DNA of 64,000 nt from Polyangiaceae bacterium (GTDB lineage: Bacteria; Myxococcota_A; Polyangia; Polyangiales; Polyangiaceae): assembly GCA_033763455.1 (NCBI GenBank), contig JANRKO010000023.1:1-64000 (forward strand), written 5' to 3'. The notes beneath the pieces are model-generated. The model was not told the origin of the DNA. It worked only from the letters and a program-made list of their open reading frames with translations, and ran no database searches. Position 1 is the first letter of the stretch. Each line of letters opens with the position of its first letter. Shown piece after piece: positions 18,300 to 28,815 of this stretch. The position numbers and the translations under genes are program-made.

Positions 18300-19662
18300 G
18301 GGCGAAAAGCACATCGGCTCTCCTCGGTCTATGCAGCTTGGTCGCCGGGTGTGTTTCGGAAAGCCGCGGTTACCGGGAGGTTCAGGATGTTGTCTCCGAG
18401 CGTACGCAGGCCCAGGTGAAGTGGCGGCGAATCGACGAAGATCCCAAGCGCGAGCAGGCTGTCCAACAGCTACTGAGGCAGCCGTTAACGGCTAAAGCTG
18501 CCGTTCAGCTTGGGTTGCTCGAAAATCTGGATATTCAGGCGAAGTTCGAATCGCTCCGGGCAGCTCAAGGAAAGTTGTTGCAGGCGCGCGCGCCAAGGAA
18601 CCCCGAAGCAGAAGCGTCGTTTGGGTTTCGCCGCAAGCATTCTACGAACGTGGAGCTATCGGTGAGTGAAGAGCTTACCAACCTCTTGTTCTTGCCGGGC
18701 GCTAACCGCGCGGCGGAAGCGGAGCTGGATGCTGAAAGCTTGGCTGTGGCAACGGAAGTCATTGACTTCGTATTTGACACCGAACGAGCCTTTTTACGTT
18801 ATCAGGCAGCTGCAAAGCAGCTGGAAATTCACACAAAACTCGTGGCCGCCGAACGTGGACAGTTGGAAGCCGCCCGCGCCATTCACGCTGCAGGTAACAT
18901 TACCGATCTTGCTCTGCTCGGCTTCGAATCTAGCGCGCGCGAAGCTGAAGTAGCGCTCGATGGCGCCCGCCAAGACGCCTCCGACAAAAAAGAGGCACTC
19001 ACCGAGCAACTCGGGCTCTGGGGGAAAAACGTGAACTTCAAGGTAGCACCTCTTACCCAAGGTGCCCGGCACCCGTCGGCACCGATGGCCTGGTAAATCG
19101 AGCGTTCGACCGCAGCCTCGATCTGCGGTTAGCCAAGCTCCGCATCCTCGCTGCCGGCCAGAGCCTAGACATTACCCGTGCCTCGGGCTTCGTTCCCGAC
19201 CTTCACGGCGGTGTTACCGCTAAACGAGAAGAGGATCTGTGGCGCATTGGGCCCATGGTGAAGCTTGAAATCCCACTTTTTGACCACGGGCAGGGCCCCA
19301 CCGCAGAAAAGGAGGCCGAGCTTTTTCGCGAACAGCGCTCGTACCAGGGGCTCGGCGTAAAGCTACGAGCGTCCGCACGCGCAACCGCCACCCGCTTGCA
19401 GGCGGCACGCCAAACACTGACGCGTTACGACCAAGATATTTTGCCCATTCGTGCGAAAATCTTGGAGCAAACTGAGCTCTATTACAACGCGATGGGGGTG
19501 GACGTCTTTGCTCTATTGGCAGCTAAGAACGCTATTGGTCACGCAGAGCTCGCCCGCACCGAGGCTCGGCTCAACTACGAGCTAGCTCGTGTGGATCTGG
19601 AACAGTTGCTAGCTGGGCGGATGCCGCCAACTACACTCCCGGGGAACGAAGGGTCGCACTGA
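18296..19662 (+). pseudogene. TolC-family outer-membrane efflux lipoprotein, frameshifted near 19050-19080
   Basis: VAGC lipobox and OMF helices in 18296-19096; the homologous sequence continues in another frame (GLVNRAFDRSLDLR...LEIPLFD...Y) to the stop at 19662. Confidence 0.75.
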
Positions 19663-19794
19663 AGGGTGGCAGCTCCACACACCAAGCTGGCGAGCGAAAC
19701 CGAGCCCTAACTGAAGCTTGGCGCCTAGCAAGCCCAAGGCGGGCTCGTGGGGGTGCGCTGCACACCGCGGCGTGGTAGCGTTTTATGGGCAAAA

Positions 19795-20370
19795 ATGAAC
19801 CTGGTCAGACGCCACCATCGATATACTTATCCTGACTACGTTGCGCTGGAAGAACAGAGTGTCACCAAACACGAGTTTCTCGACGGCGAGATCTACGCGA
19901 TGGCTGGGGGCTCAGAGGAACATTCCGCCCTTGCGGCCGAGGTATTGCGTTTGCTCGGCAATGCGATTGGCCCTCGCCCTTGCCGCACGCACACGTCCGA
20001 CCTCCGCATCTACGTGGAAGCCGTCGGGCTTGCGACATTTCCAGATGGGTCGATCATTTGCGGGCCATTGGAGCAGCACCCGCCAAGCCCTAAGGCCACA
20101 GCTCTGAACCCGCTTCTGCTCTTGGAGGTCACCAGCGATTCATCCGAAGAGTATGACCTCGGGAACAAGCTGGAATTTTATCGCACAATCCCAAGCCTTG
20201 CGGATTACGTTATCGTTTCGCACCGCGAACGCCGGATTACCGTCCATCACCGAACTAACGATGGTATCTGGGATACGCGAGTAGCCATCGCCGGGGGTCG
20301 CGTGTTGGTCGAGAGCCTTGGGGCATGGCTCAACGCCGATGAAGTGTACCGCGCAAGCACGATTGCTTGA
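19795..20370 (+). CDS. Uma2-family (DUF820) putative endonuclease
   Basis: HEFLDGEIYAMAG.S..H, PD, LEVTS.S, K..FY..IPSL..Y. Confidence 0.88.
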   Translation: MNLVRRHHRYTYPDYVALEEQSVTKHEFLDGEIYAMAGGSEEHSALAAEVLRLLGNAIGPRPCRTHTSDLRIYVEAVGLATFPDGSIICGPLEQHPPSPKATALNPLLLLEVTSDSSEEYDLGNKLEFYRTIPSLADYVIVSHRERRITVHHRTNDGIWDTRVAIAGGRVLVESLGAWLNADEVYRASTIA

Positions 20371-20388
20371 AAACAGCACGCCTGGCAG

Positions 20389-22155
20389 CTAACCGGCCTT
20401 GCCCAAAGAGGCGACGTACTTCGTTGCCTCGCCGAAGGCTTCGCTCGCATTCTTGCAGATGACCACTCCCGGGCGTGTTTCCCAGTGTGCTTTGTGAAGC
20501 AGACTTCGGGGTTGGTCTTTTACGCCACTCAAGATTGCCAAACCGTTGTTCTTGCGCAACCTTTCGATCACGCTCTCAAGTGCTACGAGCCCCGTCGCGT
20601 CCATCGCATTCACGCCATCCATTAGAAAAATAACGGCGCCGGGCCGATCGGTGACCACCGTAAGAGCGGACATGGCCTTCTGCGCCGCTCCGAAGAATAG
20701 CGGCCCCGAGATTTCGTACAACGATACGCCTTCCGGAAGGGGCCCGGGCACGCTGTGGTGGGGGCCCACCACCATTTCGGCGTGAGTGACCTCAGCCATG
20801 CGTCGCATGAAGAGAAGCGCCGCCAATACCATCCCCACCGCAACGCCGATAACCATGTCAAACAGCACCGTGAGGCCGTAACAGATCAAGAGCACGGCGA
20901 CATCACTCCGCGGAGCAATCCGTAGCGTGTGCATAAAATGCTTCACATCCGACATGTTCCACGCCACAAGGAGCAGTAGCGCGGCTAGCGAGGCCATAGG
21001 CAAATAGCCGAGCAAGGGCGCCAGCACCAACACGGCGAACAGAACCGTGAGCCCATGGAAAACCGCGGCAAACGGCGAACGTGCACCGGAACGAAAGTTG
21101 GTCGCTGTGCGGGCGATAGCTCCAGTTGCAGGAATTCCGCCGAAAAATGGAGCCACCATATTGCCAATGCCTTGCGCCAAGAGTTCCGCGTCGGGGTCGT
21201 GCCGAGTTTGCGCCATACCATCGGCAACCACCGCCGATAACAGGGATTCAATGGCGCCCAGCATGGCAATAGCGAATGCTCCAGCCAGAAGTTCACGGAC
21301 CACAGCGCGCGTGAAATGAAGTGACTCCCCTGAAGGGCCTGGCATGTGCCAAGGAAGCACGGGCAGGGGCGGCAACTGCGGGATCCCGCGCACAATTTCC
21401 CCGCCGATCGTCGTCTGAAAACGATCCCGAATCGTAGCGACATCAAATCCCGGAATGAGTCGCTCAAGCGCGAGCGCTACCAAGGCCGCTAGCGGCAAGG
21501 CGATGAGAGCCGCCGGAATACGCTTAGTGAACCTTGGAAATAGGAGCAGCACAGCCAAGGTAAGGGCGCCAATCAGCGCTTCCCACGGAGAAGCGGTGCG
21601 GTACGCCTCCGCCATAGCGATGACGCGTTCTACAAATTCGGACTGCGGATGGGCGAGCTGCAACCCGAGAATATCTTTCACTTGAAGCGTGGCGATCACC
21701 GTCGCGATGCCCGCCGTGAACCCGGTAGTGACGGGATGGGGAATGAATTGCACCAACTTCCCCAGCCGCGCGAGCGCCATGGCGACCAGAATCATTCCGC
21801 CCAAAAATCCGGATACGAGCAGCCCAGCCAAGCCAAATTTGGCGTAAATCGGCGCCAGCACCACGATAAAGGCCGCCGTGGGCCCACTTACCTGCAGGCG
21901 AGACCCGCCAAGCAGAGCCACGACAATCCCTGCCACTATCGCGGTGTACAAGCCGTGCTGTGGCGGAGCCCCGACGCCCACAGACAACGCCATGGCGAGC
22001 GGTAACGCGACCACGCCCACTACTAATCCAGCAAGAACATCCCGTCGCAGATCGCTACGAGTGTACCCTTCGCGCAACACGGCCCTGAGCGCCGCGGCGG
22101 GCAGCTCCCGCAAAGGGATAGCCGCCGTATCCGACCGATAACGCGTGAGAGCCAT
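20389..22155 (-). CDS. dauA: SulP/SLC26 anion transporter with STAS domain (DauA-like)
   Basis: D..AG..VG.VALPL.MA, GLYTA, VSGPTAAF, ESLLSA, GAIART and GPLFFGAA STAS motif. Confidence 0.85.
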   Translation of the reverse strand: MALTRYRSDTAAIPLRELPAAALRAVLREGYTRSDLRRDVLAGLVVGVVALPLAMALSVGVGAPPQHGLYTAIVAGIVVALLGGSRLQVSGPTAAFIVVLAPIYAKFGLAGLLVSGFLGGMILVAMALARLGKLVQFIPHPVTTGFTAGIATVIATLQVKDILGLQLAHPQSEFVERVIAMAEAYRTASPWEALIGALTLAVLLLFPRFTKRIPAALIALPLAALVALALERLIPGFDVATIRDRFQTTIGGEIVRGIPQLPPLPVLPWHMPGPSGESLHFTRAVVRELLAGAFAIAMLGAIESLLSAVVADGMAQTRHDPDAELLAQGIGNMVAPFFGGIPATGAIARTATNFRSGARSPFAAVFHGLTVLFAVLVLAPLLGYLPMASLAALLLLVAWNMSDVKHFMHTLRIAPRSDVAVLLICYGLTVLFDMVIGVAVGMVLAALLFMRRMAEVTHAEMVVGPHHSVPGPLPEGVSLYEISGPLFFGAAQKAMSALTVVTDRPGAVIFLMDGVNAMDATGLVALESVIERLRKNNGLAILSGVKDQPRSLLHKAHWETRPGVVICKNASEAFGEATKYVASLGKAG

Positions 22156-22265
22156 GTTTGAACTTACGACCGAAAACCGATCTACGATACCAAGCAGGCA
22201 GCCATCGGGCCCACTTCCTGGCTGGGAAATTTTTCTCCCGCGTAGCCCACCCCTGGGGTTCTGCT

Positions 22266-22835
22266 TTACGGCTCAATAACGCAGGTAATGAGGCCCGACC
22301 AATTGTCGCGCAATGGCAGGAAGAGAAACGCCGAGCCCCCAATCTGTGGACATGTCGCTACGGAGTCAGCCTGAGTTGGGCCTACACCGCGCGCTGGATC
22401 GGCAAAACACCATCCCGACAGATATTCACCGTTGAGCGTGTCCTCGCGCTTCCAACAGGCGTTCAGCTGCGGACCTGCGAATTGAACGAACTCACACGCA
22501 CACTGCTCTTCGCACGTCGAGCGATGCACCCGTTCGCCCTGCAACAAGCTCAACTCCGCAGAAGAAAGGGCGGTCACTTTCGCGAGACCTCTGCCCTCAC
22601 ACGCACACTCCGGGGATCCCGACCGAAAGAATTTGTAGAGCTTGCATTGCACCTGCCCCGTTGGGTTTCCCTGGGCGTCAGTTAAGATTTTTGGCTTGTG
22701 AGAATTGCACCTTAGGTTAAAGGCCTGTGAAGCAGTGCAAGTTGACTCGGAAGGTTGACCGCCGCAGGCAGCTCCGCCCAACCCAGCAAACGCGAGGAGA
22801 AAGAGCCACGGCGATAGACTGTAGTGCCCTGCCAC
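22266..22835 (-). CDS. Cysteine-rich hypothetical lipoprotein
   Basis: GAAC lipobox plus 12 further Cys, including CxC pairs and a GWC motif. Confidence 0.6.
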   Translation of the reverse strand: MAGHYSLSPWLFLLAFAGLGGAACGGQPSESTCTASQAFNLRCNSHKPKILTDAQGNPTGQVQCKLYKFFRSGSPECACEGRGLAKVTALSSAELSLLQGERVHRSTCEEQCACEFVQFAGPQLNACWKREDTLNGEYLSGWCFADPARGVGPTQADSVATCPQIGGSAFLFLPLRDNWSGLITCVIEP

Positions 22836-22967
22836 GACTCAGCGTACCAGGTATTGGACCGACGTGCTCGACTTGTGCGCAAATTGGGCACGCCACCCCA
22901 TCACCAAGGGTTACCACCCTCTTTGGCCCCCGCTGGCGCGACCATGCCTTTCGCATACTAGGCGGCC

Positions 22968-23807
22968 TCACTCCACCCAGCTGTGCACCGCCCGCCAGAT
23001 CTCTTCATTCCGCGCCACCAGGAGCGATCCGGACGTGAACGACGGCGCGTAACTCTGGCCGTTGAGGAACCGGGAAACTCCGCCCAGGTGTTCGACAAGG
23101 AAAGCGCCGGGAGCATGATCCCATGGCAAAAGCCGGCCGTAGAACGCGAAATCAAGGGCACCCGTGGCAAGCTCCGCGTAGGTCACCGCCGCGCTGCCAC
23201 TAGCCCGTACGAGCTCGCAATGATCCGCAAGCTTGCCAAGGCGGGCCGCCAGGGCTGGCTCGATGTAGTGCGTGTGGAGGGCTCCGCGATAACGCCTACC
23301 CTGCACTGGCACTGAGCTTTTGGCAGCTTGCACGCTCCAAAAATGCGCCGGCAAAGCACCAATCAGCGTGCTTGCGCCGTGTCCACAACAAAACACTGTG
23401 TCGGGCTCGGGCAGGTAGATCACCGAGAGCTCCGTCTGATCATTTACGATCAGGGCGACCATCGTCCCGAAAGTGTGGCGCCCCGCGATGAAATTCTTGG
23501 TCCCGTCCAGGGGATCGATTACCCAGACGGGGCTCGACTGCTTGAGCACCTCCAACAAGTTTGGCGACGCCGCTGTGGCTTCTTCACCCACTACCAACGA
23601 TCCCGGCAGAAGTGCTCTGAGAGCCGCGCTGAGCCGTGCCTCCACTGCCTCATCCACGGCCGTCACCACATCGTGCGGATCTTCGGCCGTGCTCTTGCTC
23701 CGAATATCTCCGAGCGCAAGGTTCTGAAACTTGGGGCAGATCTCCTCACGCGCCGTTTGCCGAACCAAATCACACACAAGCGCGAGAAGTTGCGAATGGT
23801 CTGGCAT
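22968..23807 (-). CDS. Inositol monophosphatase family protein
   Basis: VT.VD...E, GEE, WVIDPLDGT.NF, GS and PWD motifs. Confidence 0.92.
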   Translation of the reverse strand: MPDHSQLLALVCDLVRQTAREEICPKFQNLALGDIRSKSTAEDPHDVVTAVDEAVEARLSAALRALLPGSLVVGEEATAASPNLLEVLKQSSPVWVIDPLDGTKNFIAGRHTFGTMVALIVNDQTELSVIYLPEPDTVFCCGHGASTLIGALPAHFWSVQAAKSSVPVQGRRYRGALHTHYIEPALAARLGKLADHCELVRASGSAAVTYAELATGALDFAFYGRLLPWDHAPGAFLVEHLGGVSRFLNGQSYAPSFTSGSLLVARNEEIWRAVHSWVE

Positions 23808-23876
23808 CTTGAAGCAAGCAATAGGTGGGATGCCTGCACGCTCGCAAGCCTACCCATCCTGTGGTAGCGCTCGGGA

Positions 23877-24611
23877 GTGAAAAAGTGTGCCCATTGCCTG
23901 ATTTCCTTCGCTTTTGGCGTGGCCTCCGCGTGCGATAGGCGGCCACAACCCGCCTCTGAAACCCCGCCAATTCCGGTTCCGATGGAGGCGCCGAGCCCAA
24001 ACGCGGCACAGCCCACTGGTTCGGCAGTAGCCTCAGAACTTCCGAGTGCACAAAGCCCTGAGGTCAACTCCAAGTCACCTACCTCAAGTACGGAGCCTTT
24101 ACTTGCGATTGGTCGCCCCGCATCTAGCGAAGGAGCTCGATTTTCTCCCATCAGTGGCCCCCAGCTGCTCGGTAAGATCGCATCTTCCGGAGCTCGCGGA
24201 GTTTTGGTGAACGCTTGGGCTAGCTGGTGCACACCTTGCCGAGAAGAAGTTCCGATGCTCCACGCTTTGGCTGTTAATCTAAAAAGCCGTGGCTTTGAGG
24301 TGGTGCTGGTGAGCGTTGATGAGCCCGAATCTGAGATGAACGCTATCGCGTTTCTCAATCAACTCACCATCCGAGTGCCAACGTACGTGGCAGAACGCCC
24401 GCTTGGCTTGTTCAAAGCCGCCATGAATCCGCGCTGGCCAGGCATGGTGCCGGCAACCTTTCTCTATGATGGCTCGGGTAAGCTCCGCTATTTTTGGGGC
24501 GGCCCCATCTACGAGCAGGAGCTTTTACCTAAGCTTGAGGCCTTCTTCGACGGCAGCTTGATAGACGGGGAAGCCCAATTTGAAATCTCAAAGGGCCGCG
24601 TAGCGCCTTGA
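23877..24611 (+). CDS. TlpA-family thiol-disulfide oxidoreductase (lipoprotein)
   Basis: NAWASWCTPCREE.P, VSVD, cis-Pro VPAT; ASAC lipobox. Confidence 0.88.
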   Translation: MKKCAHCLISFAFGVASACDRRPQPASETPPIPVPMEAPSPNAAQPTGSAVASELPSAQSPEVNSKSPTSSTEPLLAIGRPASSEGARFSPISGPQLLGKIASSGARGVLVNAWASWCTPCREEVPMLHALAVNLKSRGFEVVLVSVDEPESEMNAIAFLNQLTIRVPTYVAERPLGLFKAAMNPRWPGMVPATFLYDGSGKLRYFWGGPIYEQELLPKLEAFFDGSLIDGEAQFEISKGRVAP

Positions 24612-24615
24612 CTGC

Positions 24616-26580
24616 TCAACGCTCGCGCCCGTCAAGCAGAGCACGAACTTTACGAACGAGTGATTCGGGACGAATCGGCTTTTGGAGAAACTCCACGCCA
24701 GATTCGAGTACACCGTGGTGCACAATCGAATTATCGGTGTAGCCCGACATGAAGAGAACTTTCATGCGAGGCCGAATCGACTGCAAGCGGTCCGCAAGCT
24801 GCCGACCGCTCATGCGGGGCATGATCACATCTGTGATCATCAGGTCAATTTCCGCTTGGTGCTGTTCGCAAATGAGAAGGGCATCCCCTCCACTTGGAGC
24901 TGAGAGCACGTGATACCCGTGACGCTGGAGGATGGAGCACGCGAGCTGGCGAACGCTGGGATCATCTTCAACTACCAGCAGCGTCTCGGTACCCCGTGTC
25001 GGACCATTTTGGATCGAATCATCCATCGGTGCTTCTATGGGGCGCTCACTGAGTGGGAAGTAGACCTTAACGGTGGTTCCTTTGCCTAGCTCGCTATACA
25101 CCCAAACGTTGCCGCCGCTTTGTTGCACGATTCCGAACACCGTCGAAAGCCCAAGGCCGGTGCCTTTGCCTTGTTCTTTCGTAGTAAAAAAAGGCTCGAA
25201 CATGCGCGCTTGGGTGTCCCGATCCATACCCGTTCCGTTGTCAGAAACCGCCAACATCACGTGTGGCCCAGGAGTCACCCCAACGTGTCGCGCAGCATAA
25301 TCCGAATCAAGGATGACGTCGGCCGTCTCAATCGTGAGCTTCCCCCCGTTTGGCATCGCATCCCTGGAATTGACAACCAGGTTCATTATAACCTGTTCAA
25401 CCTGACCGGGATCGACGTTCACCTTGCCAAGCTTTGCTCGCGGCAGAAACGTGAGCTCAAGATCTTCCCCGATCAACCGCAAAAGCATGCGCTGGAGCCC
25501 AGCCACAACGTCGTTCAAATTCACCACCCGTGGTTGAAGAATTTGACGCCGGCTAAAGGCGAGCAACTGCCGCGTGAGCTCCACAGCGCGATTTCCCGCC
25601 GCAACGATCTGTTCTAGATCGGCTCGCCGAGCGTCGCTCGGCGTCAGGTCGTCCGCCAGCAAAGACCCATAACTCAGGATCACTGACAAGAGGTTGTTAA
25701 AATCGTGCGCAATACCCCCGGCGAGCTTCCCGATCGCATCCATTTTCTGGGCCTGACGAAGCTGTTCCTCCGTTATTTTGAGAGCAGCCTCAGCCCGCCT
25801 TCGGTCTGTGACATCACGAAGATTACACACGATGCCTTGCACCGCAGGATCCGACAGCAGGTTTCTTGCGGTGACATCAAGGAAACGCACGAGGCCGTCC
25901 AAGTTCACCGCCCGAAACTCGATTTGAAGCGTCCCGGCCGGTTGCCGAGACAATTGGGCCAGTGCCTCCCGCACGCGTTCACGATCGTCAGGGTGCGAAA
26001 AAGCCAACGCATCGCGCCCGAGATAATCCTCAGGGGCCCCCCCAAGAATGTGCTCAACGGCGGGGCTCATGTAGCGCGTGGTGCCATCCGCGTCGATCAA
26101 GGCGATAAGATCGCCGCACTTCTCGATCAAGGCCTGAAAGCGCGCTTCGCTGCGCTGAAGCTTAGATTGGCTGTGTCTGAGCGCGGCGTGGGACTCACGG
26201 CGCAACTGCTCATCTCGGAGTTCCCGCTCGATGGCCGGACCGAGCCTGGCGAGCCTATCCTTTACCACGAAATCACGCACTCCGGCCCGCATCGCCTCTA
26301 CGGCAATTTCCTCGCCAATGGTGCCTGAAACCATAATGAAAGGTACGGATAGCCCCATCTGCTTCACTACGTTGAGAGCACCCAGACCGCTGAACCCTGG
26401 CAAGCTCCAATCGGAAATCACGATATCCCACCGGACCCCCGTCAGTGCACTTCGCAGCGCGTTTTCGTCCTCTACACGCACCACTTCGACTGTGTGCCCT
26501 CTGCGCGTCAGTTCCAAGGTGATGAGCTTGGCGTCCGTTGGCGAATCTTCCACCAAAAGGACTCGAAGAGGAGCCGTCAT
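24616..26580 (-). CDS. Hybrid histidine kinase REC-PAS-HisKA-HATPase-REC
   Basis: N- and C-terminal receivers; GGIAHDFNNLL H-box, NLVVN, FEPFFTTK, GTGLGL. Confidence 0.93.
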   Translation of the reverse strand: MTAPLRVLLVEDSPTDAKLITLELTRRGHTVEVVRVEDENALRSALTGVRWDIVISDWSLPGFSGLGALNVVKQMGLSVPFIMVSGTIGEEIAVEAMRAGVRDFVVKDRLARLGPAIERELRDEQLRRESHAALRHSQSKLQRSEARFQALIEKCGDLIALIDADGTTRYMSPAVEHILGGAPEDYLGRDALAFSHPDDRERVREALAQLSRQPAGTLQIEFRAVNLDGLVRFLDVTARNLLSDPAVQGIVCNLRDVTDRRRAEAALKITEEQLRQAQKMDAIGKLAGGIAHDFNNLLSVILSYGSLLADDLTPSDARRADLEQIVAAGNRAVELTRQLLAFSRRQILQPRVVNLNDVVAGLQRMLLRLIGEDLELTFLPRAKLGKVNVDPGQVEQVIMNLVVNSRDAMPNGGKLTIETADVILDSDYAARHVGVTPGPHVMLAVSDNGTGMDRDTQARMFEPFFTTKEQGKGTGLGLSTVFGIVQQSGGNVWVYSELGKGTTVKVYFPLSERPIEAPMDDSIQNGPTRGTETLLVVEDDPSVRQLACSILQRHGYHVLSAPSGGDALLICEQHQAEIDLMITDVIMPRMSGRQLADRLQSIRPRMKVLFMSGYTDNSIVHHGVLESGVEFLQKPIRPESLVRKVRALLDGRER

Positions 26581-27026
26581 ACGCGACTCCTAGGGGGCGG
26601 TGCTTTCTCGTTCAAGAGCAACCAAAATTGGCCCAGAGTCTTGGCGGCTTCTGCGAATTCCGCGAATTCTAGCGGTTTGCGCACGTACGCATTGGCACCC
26701 AATTCGAAGCTCGTGACGACGTCCTCTTGCTCTTTGGAGGCCGTCAATACGACAACAGGCACGAGCTTTGTACGCGGATCCGCGCGCAAATGCCGCAACA
26801 CTTCGAGACCGTCGAGCTTCGGAAGCTTGAGATCAAGCAGAATTAGAGCGGGCAGTGCTTCCGGGTCCCTGTTAGCATGGACTCCGTTTGCGAATAGATA
26901 GTCCAAGGCGTCTGCTCCGTCTCTCGCTACAACAATCTCGCTGGCTACACCGCTCCTGCGAAAGGCGAGCGTCGTCAGCTTCTCGTCGCTGGAGTTATCT
27001 TCAACCAGAAGGATCACTTTGTTCAT
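26577..27026 (-). CDS. Single-domain response regulator (Rcp-like)
   Basis: [27 protein letters not shown] and FW motifs. Confidence 0.92.
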   Translation of the reverse strand: MNKVILLVEDNSSDEKLTTLAFRRSGVASEIVVARDGADALDYLFANGVHANRDPEALPALILLDLKLPKLDGLEVLRHLRADPRTKLVPVVVLTASKEQEDVVTSFELGANAYVRKPLEFAEFAEAAKTLGQFWLLLNEKAPPPRSRV

Positions 27027-28510
27027 AGGTTTTCTCCAGCTTGCCCCGCTGGCAAGGTGAAATAGAACGTGGCACCCTCACCAACGACACCTACGGCCCA
27101 AACCCGGCCACCGTGCCGTCGGACGATGCGCTGAACGGTCGCGAGGCCAATGCCAGTACCAGGAAACTCATCTACCGTGTGAAGCCTTTGGAATGGAGCA
27201 AACAGCTTGGACGCAAAGCTCATGTCAAAACCTGCGCCGTTGTCTCGGACGAAAAAGGCGCTGGTCTCTTGGGTGGTCGCCATGCCAACCTCGATACGAG
27301 AATGTGCCAGTTTGCTGGTGAATTTCCAGGCGTTGCCCAGCAGGTTCTCAACGAGGGCGTGGGCCAGACCTGGATCGAGGCTCGCCGTCAGATGCTGCGA
27401 AATGACAAACTCGGCGTGGCGTTCTGGCTCCAAAGCCTGAAGGCGGCGTGCGATGGACGTCGCCAGCTCGGAGAGATCCACCATCTGCAGCTGGAGCTCG
27501 CTTCGACTGACGCGTGCGAGGGATAGAAGTCCATCGATGAGGGCTCCCATCTTCTTGGCATTAATCACGATCTCCTGAAGCCAGTCCTTGCCCTCTGCGT
27601 CGAGTTGCTGGCCGTAGGTATCAAGCAACACCTGAGAGAATCCGTTCATGCCGCGCAGCGGCGCGCGAAGGTCGTGTGCCACCGAGTAACTGAATGCCTC
27701 AAGCTCGCGACTTGCGGCTTCAGCTGCATCCCGCGCGACGGCCAATGCCTGCTCGGCGCGACGCCGGCCTGTGATGTCTCGAATCGCGCTTGAGACGATG
27801 ATGCCGTCCCCTGTGTCGAGGGGACTGAGGCTTATTTCAACGGGAAATTCGCTGCCATCTTTACGAATCCCAAAAAGCTCAAGGTTCGACCCCATCGACC
27901 GAGTTCGGGGGCTCATAAAATACCCTTGGCGGTGGCCAGGATGATTTGTTCGGTAGCGCTCCGGCATGAGGAGCTCAACCGACTGTCCGATAAGCTCTTC
28001 GCGGACATAACCGAAGAGCCTTTCGGCCTGGGCGTTCACGAGCTGTATCCGTCCCTCTTGGTTCACGATGACCACGGCGTCCGGGGCAGCCTCAAGCAAA
28101 CCCCGAAACTTCTCCTCCGCTTTCTTTCGATCTGTGATGTCTCGAATCGCGCTCAACACGAGTGGGCCTTCCTCGGTTGCGAGCGGACTCAGGCTGATCT
28201 CGATAGGGAACTCCGTCCCGTCATGGCGGACACCGTACAGCTCAAGGCCGGATCCCATCGCACGCACCTTGGGTGCGGCAAAAAAAGCCTCGCGGTGGCT
28301 CGGGTGGATCGTTTGAAACCGTTCGGGAATGAGCACCTCGACGCGTTGGCCCACAAGAAACTGCCGCGTGTAACCAAAGAGTCGCTCGGTTTGAGCGTTG
28401 ATGAGAACTATCTCGCCTTTCCCATTCACCACCACGATCGCATCGGGCGCAGCTTCCAGAAGCGCACGGAACTTGCCTTCGTCATTGTCTGCGCCTGCGC
28501 TTCCCTGCAT
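27023..28510 (-). CDS. Sensor histidine kinase with two tandem PAS/PAC domains
   Basis: Two similar LLEAAPDA...EFP.EISLSP repeats; [34 protein letters not shown] at 28510 preferred to the 28786 ORF start. Confidence 0.9.
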   Translation of the reverse strand: MQGSAGADNDEGKFRALLEAAPDAIVVVNGKGEIVLINAQTERLFGYTRQFLVGQRVEVLIPERFQTIHPSHREAFFAAPKVRAMGSGLELYGVRHDGTEFPIEISLSPLATEEGPLVLSAIRDITDRKKAEEKFRGLLEAAPDAVVIVNQEGRIQLVNAQAERLFGYVREELIGQSVELLMPERYRTNHPGHRQGYFMSPRTRSMGSNLELFGIRKDGSEFPVEISLSPLDTGDGIIVSSAIRDITGRRRAEQALAVARDAAEAASRELEAFSYSVAHDLRAPLRGMNGFSQVLLDTYGQQLDAEGKDWLQEIVINAKKMGALIDGLLSLARVSRSELQLQMVDLSELATSIARRLQALEPERHAEFVISQHLTASLDPGLAHALVENLLGNAWKFTSKLAHSRIEVGMATTQETSAFFVRDNGAGFDMSFASKLFAPFQRLHTVDEFPGTGIGLATVQRIVRRHGGRVWAVGVVGEGATFYFTLPAGQAGENL

Positions 28511-28815
28511 ACCGACCCAACCCACACCAGGCCCGCCGCGGGCCCACTCCTCTAAAATTACGCCCAGCATGCCAAACGGGGCTGGCTCCTTCAAAACGCT
28601 GCCACGTTGGCATGCGCTGCCCCAGCGTGTCAATCGAAGCGGTGCCGGCAGAAGTCCGCCGAGGCAAGCCACGTGCAGCACGATACTGGTGGTCGCCACC
28701 ATCATCGGCGTGAAACCTGAGCTCAACCTATCGATTCTGAGCCCCCGTCCGTGGCGGGGCGCCGTGATGCACTTCTCCCTCCCCACGATCAGTAGGAGTC
28801 GACTAAGGTGTGCCC

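Noticed and set aside
19040..19100. Programmed ribosomal frameshift in tolC
   Set aside because: No X-XXY-YYZ slippery site seen; mutation or sequencing error is simpler
19795..20370. Uma2 gene as a restriction or toxin-antitoxin system
   Set aside because: Solitary, with no methylase or antitoxin partner; the family is commonly expanded in myxobacteria
26577..28510. Bacteriophytochrome system
   Set aside because: The kinase has PAS-PAS only; no GAF-PHY module or DIP motif
28511..28786. 92-aa N-terminal extension of the PAS kinase
   Set aside because: No domain-like content; it would fill the divergent promoter region shared with GH29, and the ATG at 28510 sits just before the first PAS domain
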